From positions 1 through 63,545 of the forward strand of contig JACPGK010000019.1 of assembly GCA_016182495.1 (NCBI GenBank): 63,545 bases of DNA, given 5' to 3'. The notes under the pieces are model-generated. The model saw nothing but the letters and a program-made list of their open reading frames with translations. It searched no databases and was not told the origin of the DNA. Positions 17,668 through 27,342 of the stretch are shown here, piece after piece; the stretch's first letter is position 1, and each line of letters begins with the position of its first letter. Both the position numbers and the translations under genes were made by a program. This DNA is from Candidatus Kerfeldbacteria bacterium (GTDB taxonomy: Bacteria; Patescibacteriota; Patescibacteriia; UBA9570).

Positions 17668-18825
17668 TTAATTATTTGATCGTTCGATAGTATTAACCAA
17701 TTCCACAAACACATTACCGCTGTAAGGCCGAGCAAAGGGGAGATTGTGTTGTACGGAATCAAGCACGCCTACCCATGGACGCAACAACCAACCCAGTTGC
17801 AGAAAGACGCTGCCATATACCACAAACCAAACAGTTAGAATAAGCGGTATCGTCAGCACGGCACAGCGACTACGCAACCACAGATATAATCGAATCAGCG
17901 CCAGTCCGCCGCCGGCTCCAAAGAAAACTACCGCAGCCAATAAGACAGCGTCATGGTTTAATGGATAGATAATATAAAATAACAGCACCGGTGTTAAAGC
18001 AGCTAAGCCTAACGCTGTAATGGCTACCAAGGTAACCGCCTGATGCAGAATAGCGTTCGTTTTGGCTCGCACTCCCAACAACTGCGACAAGATTAATAAT
18101 GTCGTCGTTGAAATAATTAAAGCGCCCAGTAATACGAAGGGTAGTTTAATCAGCACATACATAATCTGAATACCACCAATATAATAACCCAAGGCTATGC
18201 CAAAAATACCAGACCAGATAATGGTGAGGGTGGCCAACATGACGATTGGTAAATGTTCACCGCGCACCAGTTGTTTGGTGGCTAACCAACTGCGCCGTAA
18301 TGATAAACCATTGTGCCACAGGCCGAATAATACACTGCCGTACACTATAATAATAATGCCCAACATAATAACTAAGCGTCGGTTCGGACTGGTGTGATAA
18401 CGAATATATAACGGCGCTTGATAGGATAAATCTGCGGCGCTGTCTGGTTTAAAAATAATTAAACGAATACTGGGATAGAGTGAAGCATCAATCGAGTCAA
18501 GCGCAATAGTTGATTGTAACAGTCGTTGTGCTAAGAAACCTGGTACCGGACGATTACTACTATCCCAAATTTCAAAATAATAATCTCCGTTAGCCCAAGC
18601 AGTTGGTATGGTTAACTCTTGCCAGACATCATTTTGCATAGGATCTAATCCCAAGGTGACATGGTTAGTAGGGTAGACGGTATGATGATCGAGCGTATCA
18701 GGAATAATCCGTGTCAAAACAATGTTCGTATTCGTACGCTTACCAGTAGTATCACTACTAACATACCAACATCCCACCATAACAGTGAGGATAAAATTAC
18801 TATATACTATTATGCGAGGTATCAT
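17668..18825 (-). CDS. membrane protein with N-terminal extracytoplasmic domain and ~6 C-terminal TM helices (hypothetical)
   Basis: 385 aa with an N-terminal TM, a ~150-aa soluble segment, then a polytopic region. Confidence 0.65.
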   Translation of the reverse strand: MIPRIIVYSNFILTVMVGCWYVSSDTTGKRTNTNIVLTRIIPDTLDHHTVYPTNHVTLGLDPMQNDVWQELTIPTAWANGDYYFEIWDSSNRPVPGFLAQRLLQSTIALDSIDASLYPSIRLIIFKPDSAADLSYQAPLYIRYHTSPNRRLVIMLGIIIIVYGSVLFGLWHNGLSLRRSWLATKQLVRGEHLPIVMLATLTIIWSGIFGIALGYYIGGIQIMYVLIKLPFVLLGALIISTTTLLILSQLLGVRAKTNAILHQAVTLVAITALGLAALTPVLLFYIIYPLNHDAVLLAAVVFFGAGGGLALIRLYLWLRSRCAVLTIPLILTVWFVVYGSVFLQLGWLLRPWVGVLDSVQHNLPFARPYSGNVFVELVNTIERSNN

Positions 18826-18854
18826 AAGTATAGAATCTTGCCAAGACTGAATGA

Positions 18855-20009
18855 TTATTCAAGACCTTGAATGTCTTGGGTAATTTCTTTAATAGTTAGT
18901 ACACTATCACTGTATCGTTGTAATTCTTCGATTGTCGGGTTACGCTGCAAAATATTTTGAAACAACAAGGTAATCTTCAGGCGCCGTTCAGTTGAATCGT
19001 ACAGCACCGCACGCACTGTTGACATGTGCTGATACGATCGAGTAGCCGCGTAAAATTCGTAATCTTTTTGTTCTGGTCGACGCCCTAAAATATCAACATA
19101 GGCGCTGTAAATATTTCGTTTCCACACTACCACATCGAGCGCTCCGGCACTGTTGACGCCAAAAAAGAATAATGGCAAGATCGGTAGTAGCACTACGCTA
19201 GCAGTGGTAACAATTTTTCGATACAGATACGCTCCATTATTCCATAAACGCACGATAGAGCGCACCATAACAATAAGTGCTGCTGTAACCAAAAGATACA
19301 TCAACACCAAAGCCGGTGTAAACCATGATACTTGAGTGCAACTAGCATTAGGCGCAGCCTCTGGGTGAGTATCAATCAAGTATAAGCAGTGCGGAAAGAA
19401 CCACTGTTCTAAAGCCCCTTGTTCACGCCAGGCAAACAGTACCAATGCTGCGGCTAGAGTTATTACCAAAACATATTTATAGCGCAGGCCTAACTTTGGC
19501 CACACCAGTTGTAGTACTACCATTGCTACTATCGACCACCCGCCATTGTATATAATAGTTTCAAAATTATTGATATCCAAAATAAGAGTTACACTAATAG
19601 CAATCAAAAACGCCAGGCTGAAACTGGTAATAATACTGAATCGTTGGGTGAGGGGAGTAAGCCGAATTTGCCAGGTTAATAGTACTATAGTCACAGTCAT
19701 AATCGCACCACCCCACCACCATACAATCATTTGTTCGCTGATTACACCCAGTAGCGTGGCAGCGGCTAGATAGTTGATGCCGTACAAGGGCACAATGCTG
19801 AACAAAATAATACCAAACACAATCCAATCAGCCCACAGCCCCAACCACGGATGAATAGCAGCTAACTGTTGAGCCATGTTGGCTTGGTTGCCAAATCGAC
19901 GCTGGGCTTCAGTGCGAGCAGCCGCTTGAGTATAGCCCAAGGCTAACAGTTCATCGACGCAATCTTGAATATGACTATCAAATTCTTCGCGCCAACTGCG
20001 CCGTATCAT
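18855..20009 (-). CDS. PadR-associated membrane protein with C-terminal DUF4214-like repeat
   Basis: 384 aa, immediately downstream of PadR. Has an N-terminal helical prefix (SWREEFDSHIQDCVDELLALGY), ~8 TM, and a C-terminal YVDILGRRPEQKDYEFYAA...LQRNPTIEELQRY. Confidence 0.65.
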   Translation of the reverse strand: MIRRSWREEFDSHIQDCVDELLALGYTQAAARTEAQRRFGNQANMAQQLAAIHPWLGLWADWIVFGIILFSIVPLYGINYLAAATLLGVISEQMIVWWWGGAIMTVTIVLLTWQIRLTPLTQRFSIITSFSLAFLIAISVTLILDINNFETIIYNGGWSIVAMVVLQLVWPKLGLRYKYVLVITLAAALVLFAWREQGALEQWFFPHCLYLIDTHPEAAPNASCTQVSWFTPALVLMYLLVTAALIVMVRSIVRLWNNGAYLYRKIVTTASVVLLPILPLFFFGVNSAGALDVVVWKRNIYSAYVDILGRRPEQKDYEFYAATRSYQHMSTVRAVLYDSTERRLKITLLFQNILQRNPTIEELQRYSDSVLTIKEITQDIQGLE

Positions 20010-20017
20010 AGCAATGA

Positions 20018-20341
20018 TTAACTAATAACAGCCTGCATGGCTTTAGCAAATTGTTGCCACTCGACTGTTTTACTGTGCAGCACAGTTTTACCAGCCGTGG
20101 TTAAGCCATAATATTTACGTTTACGACCAGCCACTTCTTGCCAAAATGATTCTAACCAACCTTGTTGTTCTAATTTATGTAATATCGGATACAACGTGCC
20201 CTCACCTAAAGCAAACACTTCTCGGCTAGTTTTTTTTAAACGTTTAGCAATTTCGTAACCATACAGTGGCTCGGCTTCAAGAGCAGCCAGAATCATTAAA
20301 TCACAGGCGCCTTTCAGTAATTCTTTATTAATTTTAGTCAT
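20018..20341 (-). CDS. PadR family transcriptional regulator
   Basis: LKGACDLMILAALEAEPLYGYEIAKRLKK...GTLYPILHKLEQQGWLES...GRKRKYYGLTTAGK; start taken at MTKINKE (20341). Confidence 0.9.
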   Translation of the reverse strand: MTKINKELLKGACDLMILAALEAEPLYGYEIAKRLKKTSREVFALGEGTLYPILHKLEQQGWLESFWQEVAGRKRKYYGLTTAGKTVLHSKTVEWQQFAKAMQAVIS

Positions 20342-20547
20342 CAAGCAGCACTGTAGCATACCTCGTTATTCGATGCAAGTGATCTATCCACAAGCCCTAT
20401 TGCCTTGCGCTTTCAACAATGATTTGCTAGAATTGGCAGGCATTTTATCAATCATGCTGTTTACAATCTACATCACTGGCTCTTGGCCTGCCTTACCGGC
20501 AGGCTCCCGGTGGTGGTAATAGCAGTAGTTAAAGATCAACCTATTTC

Positions 20548-21297
20548 ATGATTATGGCTCAAACCAAAGATATTTCCGTGCTTGAAATGCTTCAAGCTGG
20601 TGTTCATTTTGGACACAAAACTTCAAAAAAGCATCCCAAGATGAATCCGTTCGTGTTTGGTGCTCGCAACGGCATTTCCATTATTGATTTAGAAAAAACC
20701 AAACAACAGTTAACCAAAGTATTGCCGATTTTAGAAGATTTAGCTGCTCAAAATAAAGTGATCTTATTGGTTGGTTCGAAACGCCAGGCTCAAACTACCG
20801 TAAAAGCGTTAGCCGAAGAGTTGCACATGCCCTATTTGGTTGATCGCTGGATTGGTGGCTTGCTCACCAATTTTACCAGCGTTAGTCGCTTAATGCGTAA
20901 ATTAACGCAACTCAAAGAGGAACGCGATCAAGGTACTTGGGAAAAGCGCTATACCAAAAAAGAACAATTAGTGTTGACTCGTGAAATTGAACGTTTAGAA
21001 CATTTAGTTGGTGGTATCGAAACCATGGCCAAGCTGCCAGATGCCATTGTTGTGGCCGATTGCAATAAAGATAAAACCGCTGTGATTGAAGCAGCCCGTT
21101 TAAAAATTCCAGTATTTGCCATTACCGATACTAATGTTAATCCCGATTTAGTGAACTATCCTATTCCAGCGAATGATGATGGCATTAAATCTATTCAATA
21201 TATTTTTGCAATTTTACGCGAAGCTTTATTAGCCGGACAAGTCCGCGCTGCCGCCGCCGCCGTTCAACCAGCAGCCCCAGCTAATATAACTGCTTAA
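20548..21297 (+). CDS. rpsB: 30S ribosomal protein S2
   Basis: ..MLQAGVHFGHKTSKKHPKMNPFVFGARNGISIIDLEKT.. with an Ala-rich C-terminal tail. Confidence 0.95.
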   Translation: MIMAQTKDISVLEMLQAGVHFGHKTSKKHPKMNPFVFGARNGISIIDLEKTKQQLTKVLPILEDLAAQNKVILLVGSKRQAQTTVKALAEELHMPYLVDRWIGGLLTNFTSVSRLMRKLTQLKEERDQGTWEKRYTKKEQLVLTREIERLEHLVGGIETMAKLPDAIVVADCNKDKTAVIEAARLKIPVFAITDTNVNPDLVNYPIPANDDGIKSIQYIFAILREALLAGQVRAAAAAVQPAAPANITA

Positions 21298-21302
21298 CTG
21301 TT

Positions 21303-21890
21303 ATGGCTATTGCAACCGAAACAATTCAACGTTTACGCGAACAAACCGGAGCCGGTATTTTAGATGCCAAAAAGGCACTCGAAGAAGCCGGTGGTAATTT
21401 TGATCAGGCGGTTGATGTATTACGCAAACGCGGTCAAAAAGTGGCTGCCAAAAAACAAGATCGCCAAGCTTCCGAAGGAGTGGTAGAAGCCTATATTCAT
21501 GGCCAAGGGCGTGTTGGCGTGTTGTTAAAGCTTAACTGCGAAACCGATTTTGTGGCCCGCACCGATCAATTTAAAGAATTGGCTCATCAGTTAGCCATGC
21601 ACGTGGCAGCTTTTAATCCTAGTTACTTAAGTAAAGCCGATGTACCAGCTGAAGTGGTCACTCGTGAACAAGCGGTGCACCGCGAGCTGCTGACTAAAGA
21701 AGGTAAACCAGCGGCCGTATTTGATAAAATTATTGCTGGCAAGCTGCAAAAATTTTATAGTGAAGTGTGTTTGTTAGAGCAGAATTTTTTGATGGATGAA
21801 ACCAAAACAGTGCAAGCTTTAATTACCGAGCGTATTGCTGAACTGGGTGAAAATATCGTGCTAGCTGAATTTAAACGAATGAGTTTATAA
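21303..21890 (+). CDS. tsf: translation elongation factor Ts (short form)
   Basis: ..IQRLREQTGAGILDAKKALEEAGGNFDQAVDVLRKRG... then NCETDFVART; 195 aa, directly after rpsB. Confidence 0.95.
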   Translation: MAIATETIQRLREQTGAGILDAKKALEEAGGNFDQAVDVLRKRGQKVAAKKQDRQASEGVVEAYIHGQGRVGVLLKLNCETDFVARTDQFKELAHQLAMHVAAFNPSYLSKADVPAEVVTREQAVHRELLTKEGKPAAVFDKIIAGKLQKFYSEVCLLEQNFLMDETKTVQALITERIAELGENIVLAEFKRMSL

Positions 21891-22684
21891 TGATCATTGC
21901 TGTATACAGTATTTTAGGTTTGTTTACATTAGTCAGTTTGGCGACTATTGGAGTAGTGTATGGTCGTAAATTATCGTTAGCGGCCTCGCTGGATTTAGAA
22001 GCGATGCGTGAATATCGCGAGCGTATGCGTAAAGCGGCTTTGATTGAAGATCGGCTGGCTCGTAAATTACTAACAGCCAAAAAAAATATCTCGACTTGGA
22101 TTACACCACTGGGTCGCTGGTTGATACAATTTGCCCAGAACTTTTTTCGGTGGTTAAAATCATTGGAAGAACAGTATCGACGCACAGCTCGACGCCCAGT
22201 TGCACCCAGTGATGCTGTCACCCAGCAACAATCATTGAGCAGTGTGTTGCAGCAAGCCGCAGTGTTTGTGACTGAAGAAAATTATGTGGAAGCCGAAAAA
22301 AAATATATCGCCGCTATTGCATTTGATCATAGTTCGATTGCCGCCTATCGTGGTTTAGCGACGTTGTATATAACGATGAAGAATTATCAACACGCGGTAG
22401 AAACTTTACGCTTTTTAGAACAGCTTGATCCAACCGATGAAGCTGTATGGCAAGATTTAGGCATGTTGTATCAAGTCCAGCAGCAACTAGAAGATGCTTT
22501 AGAGGCCTACGAGCAAGCGCTGATATTGGGGCCAAATAATCCTAAAAATTTGGACGCTTGTATTGAATTAGCCATTGCCAATAAATTAAAATACAAAGCC
22601 CAAAATTATTATGACAAACTAAAAGCAGTTAATCCCGAAAACAAAAAGTTACTGCAATATCAAGAACAAATCGCCCAGTTATAA
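21890..22684 (+). CDS. membrane-anchored TPR-repeat protein
   Basis: 264 aa with an N-terminal TM helix. The C-terminal half has TPR-like repeats (AYRGLATLYITMKNYQHAVETLRFLEQLDPTDEAVWQDLGMLY..ALEAYEQALILGPNNP). Its start overlaps the tsf stop. Confidence 0.8.
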   Translation: MIIAVYSILGLFTLVSLATIGVVYGRKLSLAASLDLEAMREYRERMRKAALIEDRLARKLLTAKKNISTWITPLGRWLIQFAQNFFRWLKSLEEQYRRTARRPVAPSDAVTQQQSLSSVLQQAAVFVTEENYVEAEKKYIAAIAFDHSSIAAYRGLATLYITMKNYQHAVETLRFLEQLDPTDEAVWQDLGMLYQVQQQLEDALEAYEQALILGPNNPKNLDACIELAIANKLKYKAQNYYDKLKAVNPENKKLLQYQEQIAQL

Positions 22685-22703
22685 TTTTCCGCACGATACT
22701 TAT

Positions 22704-22779
22704 GCCAAGATAGCTCAGTTGGTAGAGCACCCCCATGGTAAGGGGGAGGTCTCGGGTTCGAACCCCGATCTTGGCTCCA
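22704..22779 (+). tRNA. tRNA-Thr (anticodon GGT), CCA encoded
   Basis: The cloverleaf folds by hand: acceptor gccaaga/tcttggc, D arm gctc-agttggta-gagc, anticodon stem ccccc/ggggg with loop atGGTaa, T arm tcggg-ttcgaac-cccga, then t-cca. Confidence 0.92.
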
Positions 22780-22928
22780 CTAGCTACTATATTGGTCATA
22801 GATTGATTACAAAAAAATAAGTTATTAAGGCCCATATTTATTGCCTTTTAGAGGTAAGATATTTTTTTGTATAACAGACTATACAAAAGATTTAATTACC
22901 TGTATAATAGATAGTACAAGTATAAAAT

Positions 22929-24365
22929 ATGAATCAAATACTCACACAATACATTCAAAATCAGTTAGTGCGTGCCAGTCAAAGGCTCCACGCTAATACG
23001 ATTGACGTACAAGGAAAAAAATACCCGCAGCGCCATATCTACATCAAAGTAAAAAAGTATATTGATGATTTTATAGAATCAAAATCACTCAATCGGTGGG
23101 TAGTTACTCCCGGTTTAAGAGGGGTTGGAAAAACAACAGCAGTATCTCAAATTTACTTCTATCTCACGCAAGATAAGAAGATAAAAAGCAACAATATACT
23201 GTATGTTTCACTTGATGAAGTTGTTGATCTTAGTGGAAACTTACGAGAAGTACTAAGTACATTTGAAAAAATACTAGGACAGAGCTATGAGCAACAAAGT
23301 GACTTCATTTTTATCTTGCTAGATGAAGTGCAAGTAGATCCTAAATGGGCGTCAGTTCTCAAGATTCTACATGAAAAATCTAAGAAGGTATTTATTATCT
23401 GTACAGGATCATCGGCTGTAGAATTACAATCGAACGCCGATGCTGAACGTAGAGCTATTTTCGAACGTCTTTTTCCAATGAGTTTTTTAGAGTTTCAAAT
23501 GATTCGCAACAATACTTATCCGATCAAGGGACTCAAATACAGCTTGCAGCAAGCTGTTTATCAGGCACCAAATTTGCACTTAGCCTTTCAGCAACTACAG
23601 GCCTTAAACCAGCAAGTACTAACATACTGGTCGAAGGTTGATGAATTATCCATCGCTGAATTTCTCAAGCTAGGAACCTTGCCTTTCGCCATGAGTTACG
23701 CTGATGAGTATCAAGTGTATCAAGCGATTAACCGTTTGCTAGAACAGGTGATTGATAAAGATATCCGCGCTCTGGGCAGCTTTAATAGTGAGACTCTAAG
23801 TAAAATTAAACCGTTACTTTTTTTACTGGCAGATAGTAATGGAACGCTGGCCTTTTCAACGATTGCTAAAGCTTTGAATATCCAGCGGCCAACTCTGAAT
23901 AGTGTATTTGAAGCTCTTGAAAAAACTGAACTACTGATTAGAGCTTTGCCACAGGGATCAAGTAATAAGCGCGTGACCAAACCATCAAAATTTTTATTTA
24001 TGAGTCCGGCTTTACGTTTGGCACTATTGAGCATTTCCGGACTCAAACAAACCTACGCTACGCAACAAGGAGCACTGTTAGAGGATGTAGTAGCATTGCA
24101 TTACTATCGTGAGTTTGTGACGAAACATAAGGCATCGCTCATGTATGATGCCGCCGAAGGGGGAGCAGATTTCATAGTGAACTTTATTCAACACCGCAGA
24201 GTGGTTGTTGAAGTGGGGATGGGAGCTAAAGACTCAAAACAAGTTGTCAGAACTATGGATAAAGTGAATAGTGACTACGGCATAGTCATTAGTTCTAATG
24301 AATTGAAAGTCGACGAAGAAAATAAAATCATCTGCTTGCCTATAAAGTACTTTTTATTGATGTAA
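22929..24365 (+). CDS. AAA_14/DUF4143-family ATPase
   Basis: 478 aa with Walker A TPGLRGVGKTTAV and Walker B FILLDEVQVDPKWASVLK followed by IICTGSSAVEL, as in the AAA_14 + DUF4143 family. Confidence 0.8.
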   Translation: MNQILTQYIQNQLVRASQRLHANTIDVQGKKYPQRHIYIKVKKYIDDFIESKSLNRWVVTPGLRGVGKTTAVSQIYFYLTQDKKIKSNNILYVSLDEVVDLSGNLREVLSTFEKILGQSYEQQSDFIFILLDEVQVDPKWASVLKILHEKSKKVFIICTGSSAVELQSNADAERRAIFERLFPMSFLEFQMIRNNTYPIKGLKYSLQQAVYQAPNLHLAFQQLQALNQQVLTYWSKVDELSIAEFLKLGTLPFAMSYADEYQVYQAINRLLEQVIDKDIRALGSFNSETLSKIKPLLFLLADSNGTLAFSTIAKALNIQRPTLNSVFEALEKTELLIRALPQGSSNKRVTKPSKFLFMSPALRLALLSISGLKQTYATQQGALLEDVVALHYYREFVTKHKASLMYDAAEGGADFIVNFIQHRRVVVEVGMGAKDSKQVVRTMDKVNSDYGIVISSNELKVDEENKIICLPIKYFLLM

Positions 24366-24367
24366 CT

Positions 24368-25783
24368 TTAATGTCGAATCAATTTTTCCAAATCCAATCG
24401 TTGGGTGACATTTATTTGGTTGAAAAAATTTTGGTCGTGACACACTAATACAATCGCTCCAGCAAAATTATTTAAAGCTTCGGCGATAATGGGTAAATGA
24501 CGAAAATTAATATGATTAGTTGGTTCATCTAAAATTAACAAACCTGGTTGTTGCACCATAAACCGGGCATAACACAATAAACCCTTTTGTCCTTCGGATA
24601 GCGAGCCAATCGGATGTTGCAGCAGGTTACTCGTCAGCAAAAAATGAGCGGCTGCCTGATAAATAGCTTGGGCGCCACCCGCTCCAACTTGAACGGCTTG
24701 TACGGCAGCAAACGGCGTGCTGTTAAAATCTAAACCGGAAAAATCTTGCCGATAATACCCTATCCGCACGTTAGCTACTTGCTGGACCAGAGCTTCTAAC
24801 AAGGTAGTTTTACCAATACCGTTGGGACCAATAATGTGCAGAATATCTTTTTTGCGCAAGGTGATATCGATATTTTTTTCCGATGATACTACTCGAGCCA
24901 CTGGATTACCGATATCCTGGGCTGGAATAATAAATGGTCGGATAGTTTTATCTTCCCGGCGCACATTAACCATAGCGGCCTCGCTAGTTTCAATTTGATC
25001 ACGTAATTTGCTAGCCAGTTTGCGCATCTTACCACCTTTATGAGCGAAGAAATTTACTTTATCTTTACGATCCTGGATATTTTTTTCCAGTTGAGCGTTT
25101 TTACGTTGTTCACGCTCAATTTGTGCTGTAATTTCTTCCACCACATCAAAATAGTTACCAACATATTGCTGGACAGTGTGACTAAACAGATCCAGATGCA
25201 ATACGCCATCGGTAAAGGTATTTAAAAAATCAGCATCATGAGAAATAACAATGACGGTTTTATCGTAACCGAGCAAGAAACCAACCAAGTGTTCAATGCC
25301 AGCGGCATCAAGATTATTAGTCGGTTCATCTAATAGTAAAATATCCGGTTGTTGAATCAAGGCTTGAGCTAATAACAGCCGTGCTTGTTGACCGCCTGAT
25401 AATTGCTTAACTAGGGTATTCAACGGTACAGTCAGATTAACCACATCGTACACTTGTTCAATTCGGCGATCTAAATTATAGATAGTTTCTGTAAAGGCTC
25501 GCTCAAAAAAAGCCCGCACAGTAAGACCCATCCAGTCACGTGGCATCACTTGTTGGGCTAGGGCAATACTGGCGCCAGGTTGAATATGGATTGTACCGAT
25601 CTGCGGTTGAACAGCGTCAGTTAATAATTTAAACAAGGTACTTTTGCCAGCCCCATTTTGACCCATAACAGTAATTTTGCTATTAGCTCGTACCGAAAAA
25701 GTCGCTTCCTGCAAAATGACCTTTGTTTCAGAATAACTATAAGAAACGGTATTAAAGCGAATCGCTACAGTAGTATCAGACAT
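24368..25783 (-). CDS. ABC-F family ATPase (two ABC domains, no TM domain)
   Basis: Domain 1: GQNGAGKSTLFKLL, LSGGQQARLLLAQAL, LLLDEPTNNLD. Domain 2: IIGPNGIGKTTLLE, LSEGQKGLLCYARF, LILDEPTNHIN. A charged linker (EREQRKNAQLEKNIQDRKDKV) joins them. Confidence 0.85.
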   Translation of the reverse strand: MSDTTVAIRFNTVSYSYSETKVILQEATFSVRANSKITVMGQNGAGKSTLFKLLTDAVQPQIGTIHIQPGASIALAQQVMPRDWMGLTVRAFFERAFTETIYNLDRRIEQVYDVVNLTVPLNTLVKQLSGGQQARLLLAQALIQQPDILLLDEPTNNLDAAGIEHLVGFLLGYDKTVIVISHDADFLNTFTDGVLHLDLFSHTVQQYVGNYFDVVEEITAQIEREQRKNAQLEKNIQDRKDKVNFFAHKGGKMRKLASKLRDQIETSEAAMVNVRREDKTIRPFIIPAQDIGNPVARVVSSEKNIDITLRKKDILHIIGPNGIGKTTLLEALVQQVANVRIGYYRQDFSGLDFNSTPFAAVQAVQVGAGGAQAIYQAAAHFLLTSNLLQHPIGSLSEGQKGLLCYARFMVQQPGLLILDEPTNHINFRHLPIIAEALNNFAGAIVLVCHDQNFFNQINVTQRLDLEKLIRH

Positions 25784-25903
25784 ACAGTTGTGCACACTAA
25801 TGGATTGCAGCAGTCACGTCAAGCTTGGCGATTAGGCTATCATTATCACCATTAAAACACTGGCGGATAGAACGATAGTATAGCAAGTAGTTGCGGTAGT
25901 AGC

Positions 25904-26155
25904 CTAACCGTGATTTTGCCAGCGCTTTAACTTTGGCATATCTTTAGTGAACCATTTGGCCATAAATTTTGGAAAGTGCATCTCTTTCATTTTTTCCATC
26001 ACTTTGACTTGCATTTGTTCAAGGCTAATGTTCGGTTCAGTAAAACCACCGGGCTGATAACATTTGCTGCAATAGTCTGATTGCTCGCGCTGACCAGTAT
26101 CTTTATTCAGTGGCATGCCGCAACTTTGGCAAAACGGTCCTTTTGGTCCAAACAT
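25904..26155 (-). CDS. zinc-ribbon domain protein (Zn_ribbon_2-like)
   Basis: 83 aa: FCQSCGMPLNKDTG..SDYCSKCYQPGGFTEPNISLEQM. Confidence 0.65.
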   Translation of the reverse strand: MFGPKGPFCQSCGMPLNKDTGQREQSDYCSKCYQPGGFTEPNISLEQMQVKVMEKMKEMHFPKFMAKWFTKDMPKLKRWQNHG

Positions 26156-26209
26156 ACGTATAGATAATAATAGTAATAAGCATCATTAGTTAATCATTGT
26201 ATAGCGTTT

Positions 26210-26223
26210 TGGGCAATAGTAAT
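26210..26223. repeat. 14-bp direct repeat, left copy (tgggcaatagtaat) flanking the hicBA cassette
   Basis: Identical 14-mer at 26747-26760. Confidence 0.8.
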
Positions 26224-26289
26224 AGTGACTGTATGATAAGACTATACCTGAACCTGACCAACGGCTTTAGGCCAGCTATAATACAATAT

Positions 26290-26586
26290 ATGAAGCATAA
26301 ACTAGCCAGTGTTCAATATAAGGTCCCGGTGACTTTTTTTAAAGAAAATGATATTTTTGTTGCATATTCTGCAGTGTTAGATTTATCAACTTCTGGAAAA
26401 ACATTTGAGCAAGCGCAATCAAGATTTGAAGAAGCTGCTGAAATTTTTTTTGAAGAAACAATAGAACATGGAACACTTGACGAAGTTCTCTCAAATTTAG
26501 GTTGGACTAAAGTTAGGCAACAATGGATGCCTCCAGTAGAAGTGGCGCATAGTTCACAACTCGTCAGTATTCCACAAATAGCATGA
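26290..26586 (+). CDS. hicB: HicB-family antitoxin
   Basis: From MKHKLASVQYKVPVTFFKENDIFVAYSAVLDLSTSGKTFEQAQSRFEEAAEIFFEE: UPF0150/HicB N-terminal fold pattern. Immediately followed by a HicA-like ORF. Confidence 0.7.
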   Translation: MKHKLASVQYKVPVTFFKENDIFVAYSAVLDLSTSGKTFEQAQSRFEEAAEIFFEETIEHGTLDEVLSNLGWTKVRQQWMPPVEVAHSSQLVSIPQIA

Positions 26587-26589
26587 CCT

Positions 26590-26718
26590 ATGCCAAAAAT
26601 AACAGTGATTCATTGGAAGAAATTTGATAAGTTTCTTTTAGAGGTCGGCTGTACATTTATTCGTGAAAAAGGAGACCACCGTATTTATTGGAGAAAAGAT
26701 TTATTACGACCTATATAG
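26590..26718 (+). CDS. hicA: HicA-like mRNA interferase toxin, unusually short (42 aa; probably truncated)
   Basis: Not in the ORF track (under 60 aa): MPKITVIHWKKFDKFLLEVGCTFIREKGDHRIYWRKDLLRPI*. It matches the HicA N-terminal half (..G....r.kGsH....) but stops where family members continue with the viP.H... segment. Confidence 0.6.
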   Translation: MPKITVIHWKKFDKFLLEVGCTFIREKGDHRIYWRKDLLRPI

Positions 26719-26746
26719 TTTTTAAAAATCATACTTAAATACAGTC

Positions 26747-26760
26747 TGGGCAATAGTAAT
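26747..26760. repeat. 14-bp direct repeat, right copy (tgggcaatagtaat)
   Basis: Identical to 26210-26223; abuts the stop codon of the GreA-like gene. Confidence 0.8.
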
Positions 26761-27261
26761 TTAGTCTATCTTAAGAATGGTATACTGCACTTGGCGATGA
26801 CCCAGCTGTACAGTGACAATATCATTCAGTTGGTGCCCCAGCAGGGCAGCGCCAACGGGTGACTGATAAGAAATAATGCCGGCGGCTGGCTTGGCTTCGG
26901 TTGAACCGAGGATTTTAAATTGAGTAGTCTGGCCATTACTTGCTACGGTAACCGTGTGGCCAATGTGTACGGCACCAACATCAGTTGGTGGTTGAATAAT
27001 CACGGCATGGTTAATTTGATAATGTAATTCATCAATCGTGCGCAATAAGCCACGCAAGTGGCCTTTGGCAATTTGATATTCGGCATTTTCGGAATAATCA
27101 CCATGTTCACCGTAGCGTTGGGTATCTTTGATGGCTTGAGGTAAACTGATCTGTTTAATATGATTTAGTTTACGTTGCAATAACTGCAACTGTTCGTCGG
27201 TAATGTTTGGATCAAAGGTGGGAAAAGTGTACTTACCAGGTTTTCGATTCGGTAATCGCAT
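26761..27261 (-). CDS. greA: GreA/GreB-family transcript cleavage factor
   Basis: From MRLPNRKPGKYTF..: ..GEHGDYSENAEYQIAKGHLRGLLRTIDELHYQI.. plus a C-terminal FKBP-like domain (..GSTEAKPAAGIISYQSPVGAALLGHQLNDIV). Confidence 0.85.
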   Translation of the reverse strand: MRLPNRKPGKYTFPTFDPNITDEQLQLLQRKLNHIKQISLPQAIKDTQRYGEHGDYSENAEYQIAKGHLRGLLRTIDELHYQINHAVIIQPPTDVGAVHIGHTVTVASNGQTTQFKILGSTEAKPAAGIISYQSPVGAALLGHQLNDIVTVQLGHRQVQYTILKID

Positions 27262-27342
27262 CACGCTATCATAGCATAGAAAATAACCAGAGTTTATAGT
27301 ACAATGATAATTAAGCACTTATCTAATCATTCATTATGATGT

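Noticed and set aside
20486-20504. 7-bp hairpin (gcctgcc-ttacc-ggcaggc) in the 190-nt rpsB leader, considered as a possible S2 autoregulatory element.
   Set aside because: It is a single short hairpin. I cannot show similarity to the known rpsB leader pseudoknot without a covariance-model search (for example Rfam), so it is not claimed.
21871-22221. 116-aa ORF antisense to the TPR gene, and similar antisense ORFs inside long genes (for example 14663-14950, 15888-16193, 43013-43363, 45374-45709, 53909-54325, 54725-54997).
   Set aside because: Each lies entirely within a longer, better-supported gene on the opposite strand. They have biased, low-complexity composition and no motifs.
22840-22900. 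Inverted repeat ttgtata-acagac-tatacaa upstream of the AAA_14 ATPase gene, next to tRNA-Thr, considered as an operator or att site.
   Set aside because: It is a 7-bp AT-rich palindrome in AT-rich intergenic DNA, with no second copy and no compositional shift supporting an island at this tRNA.
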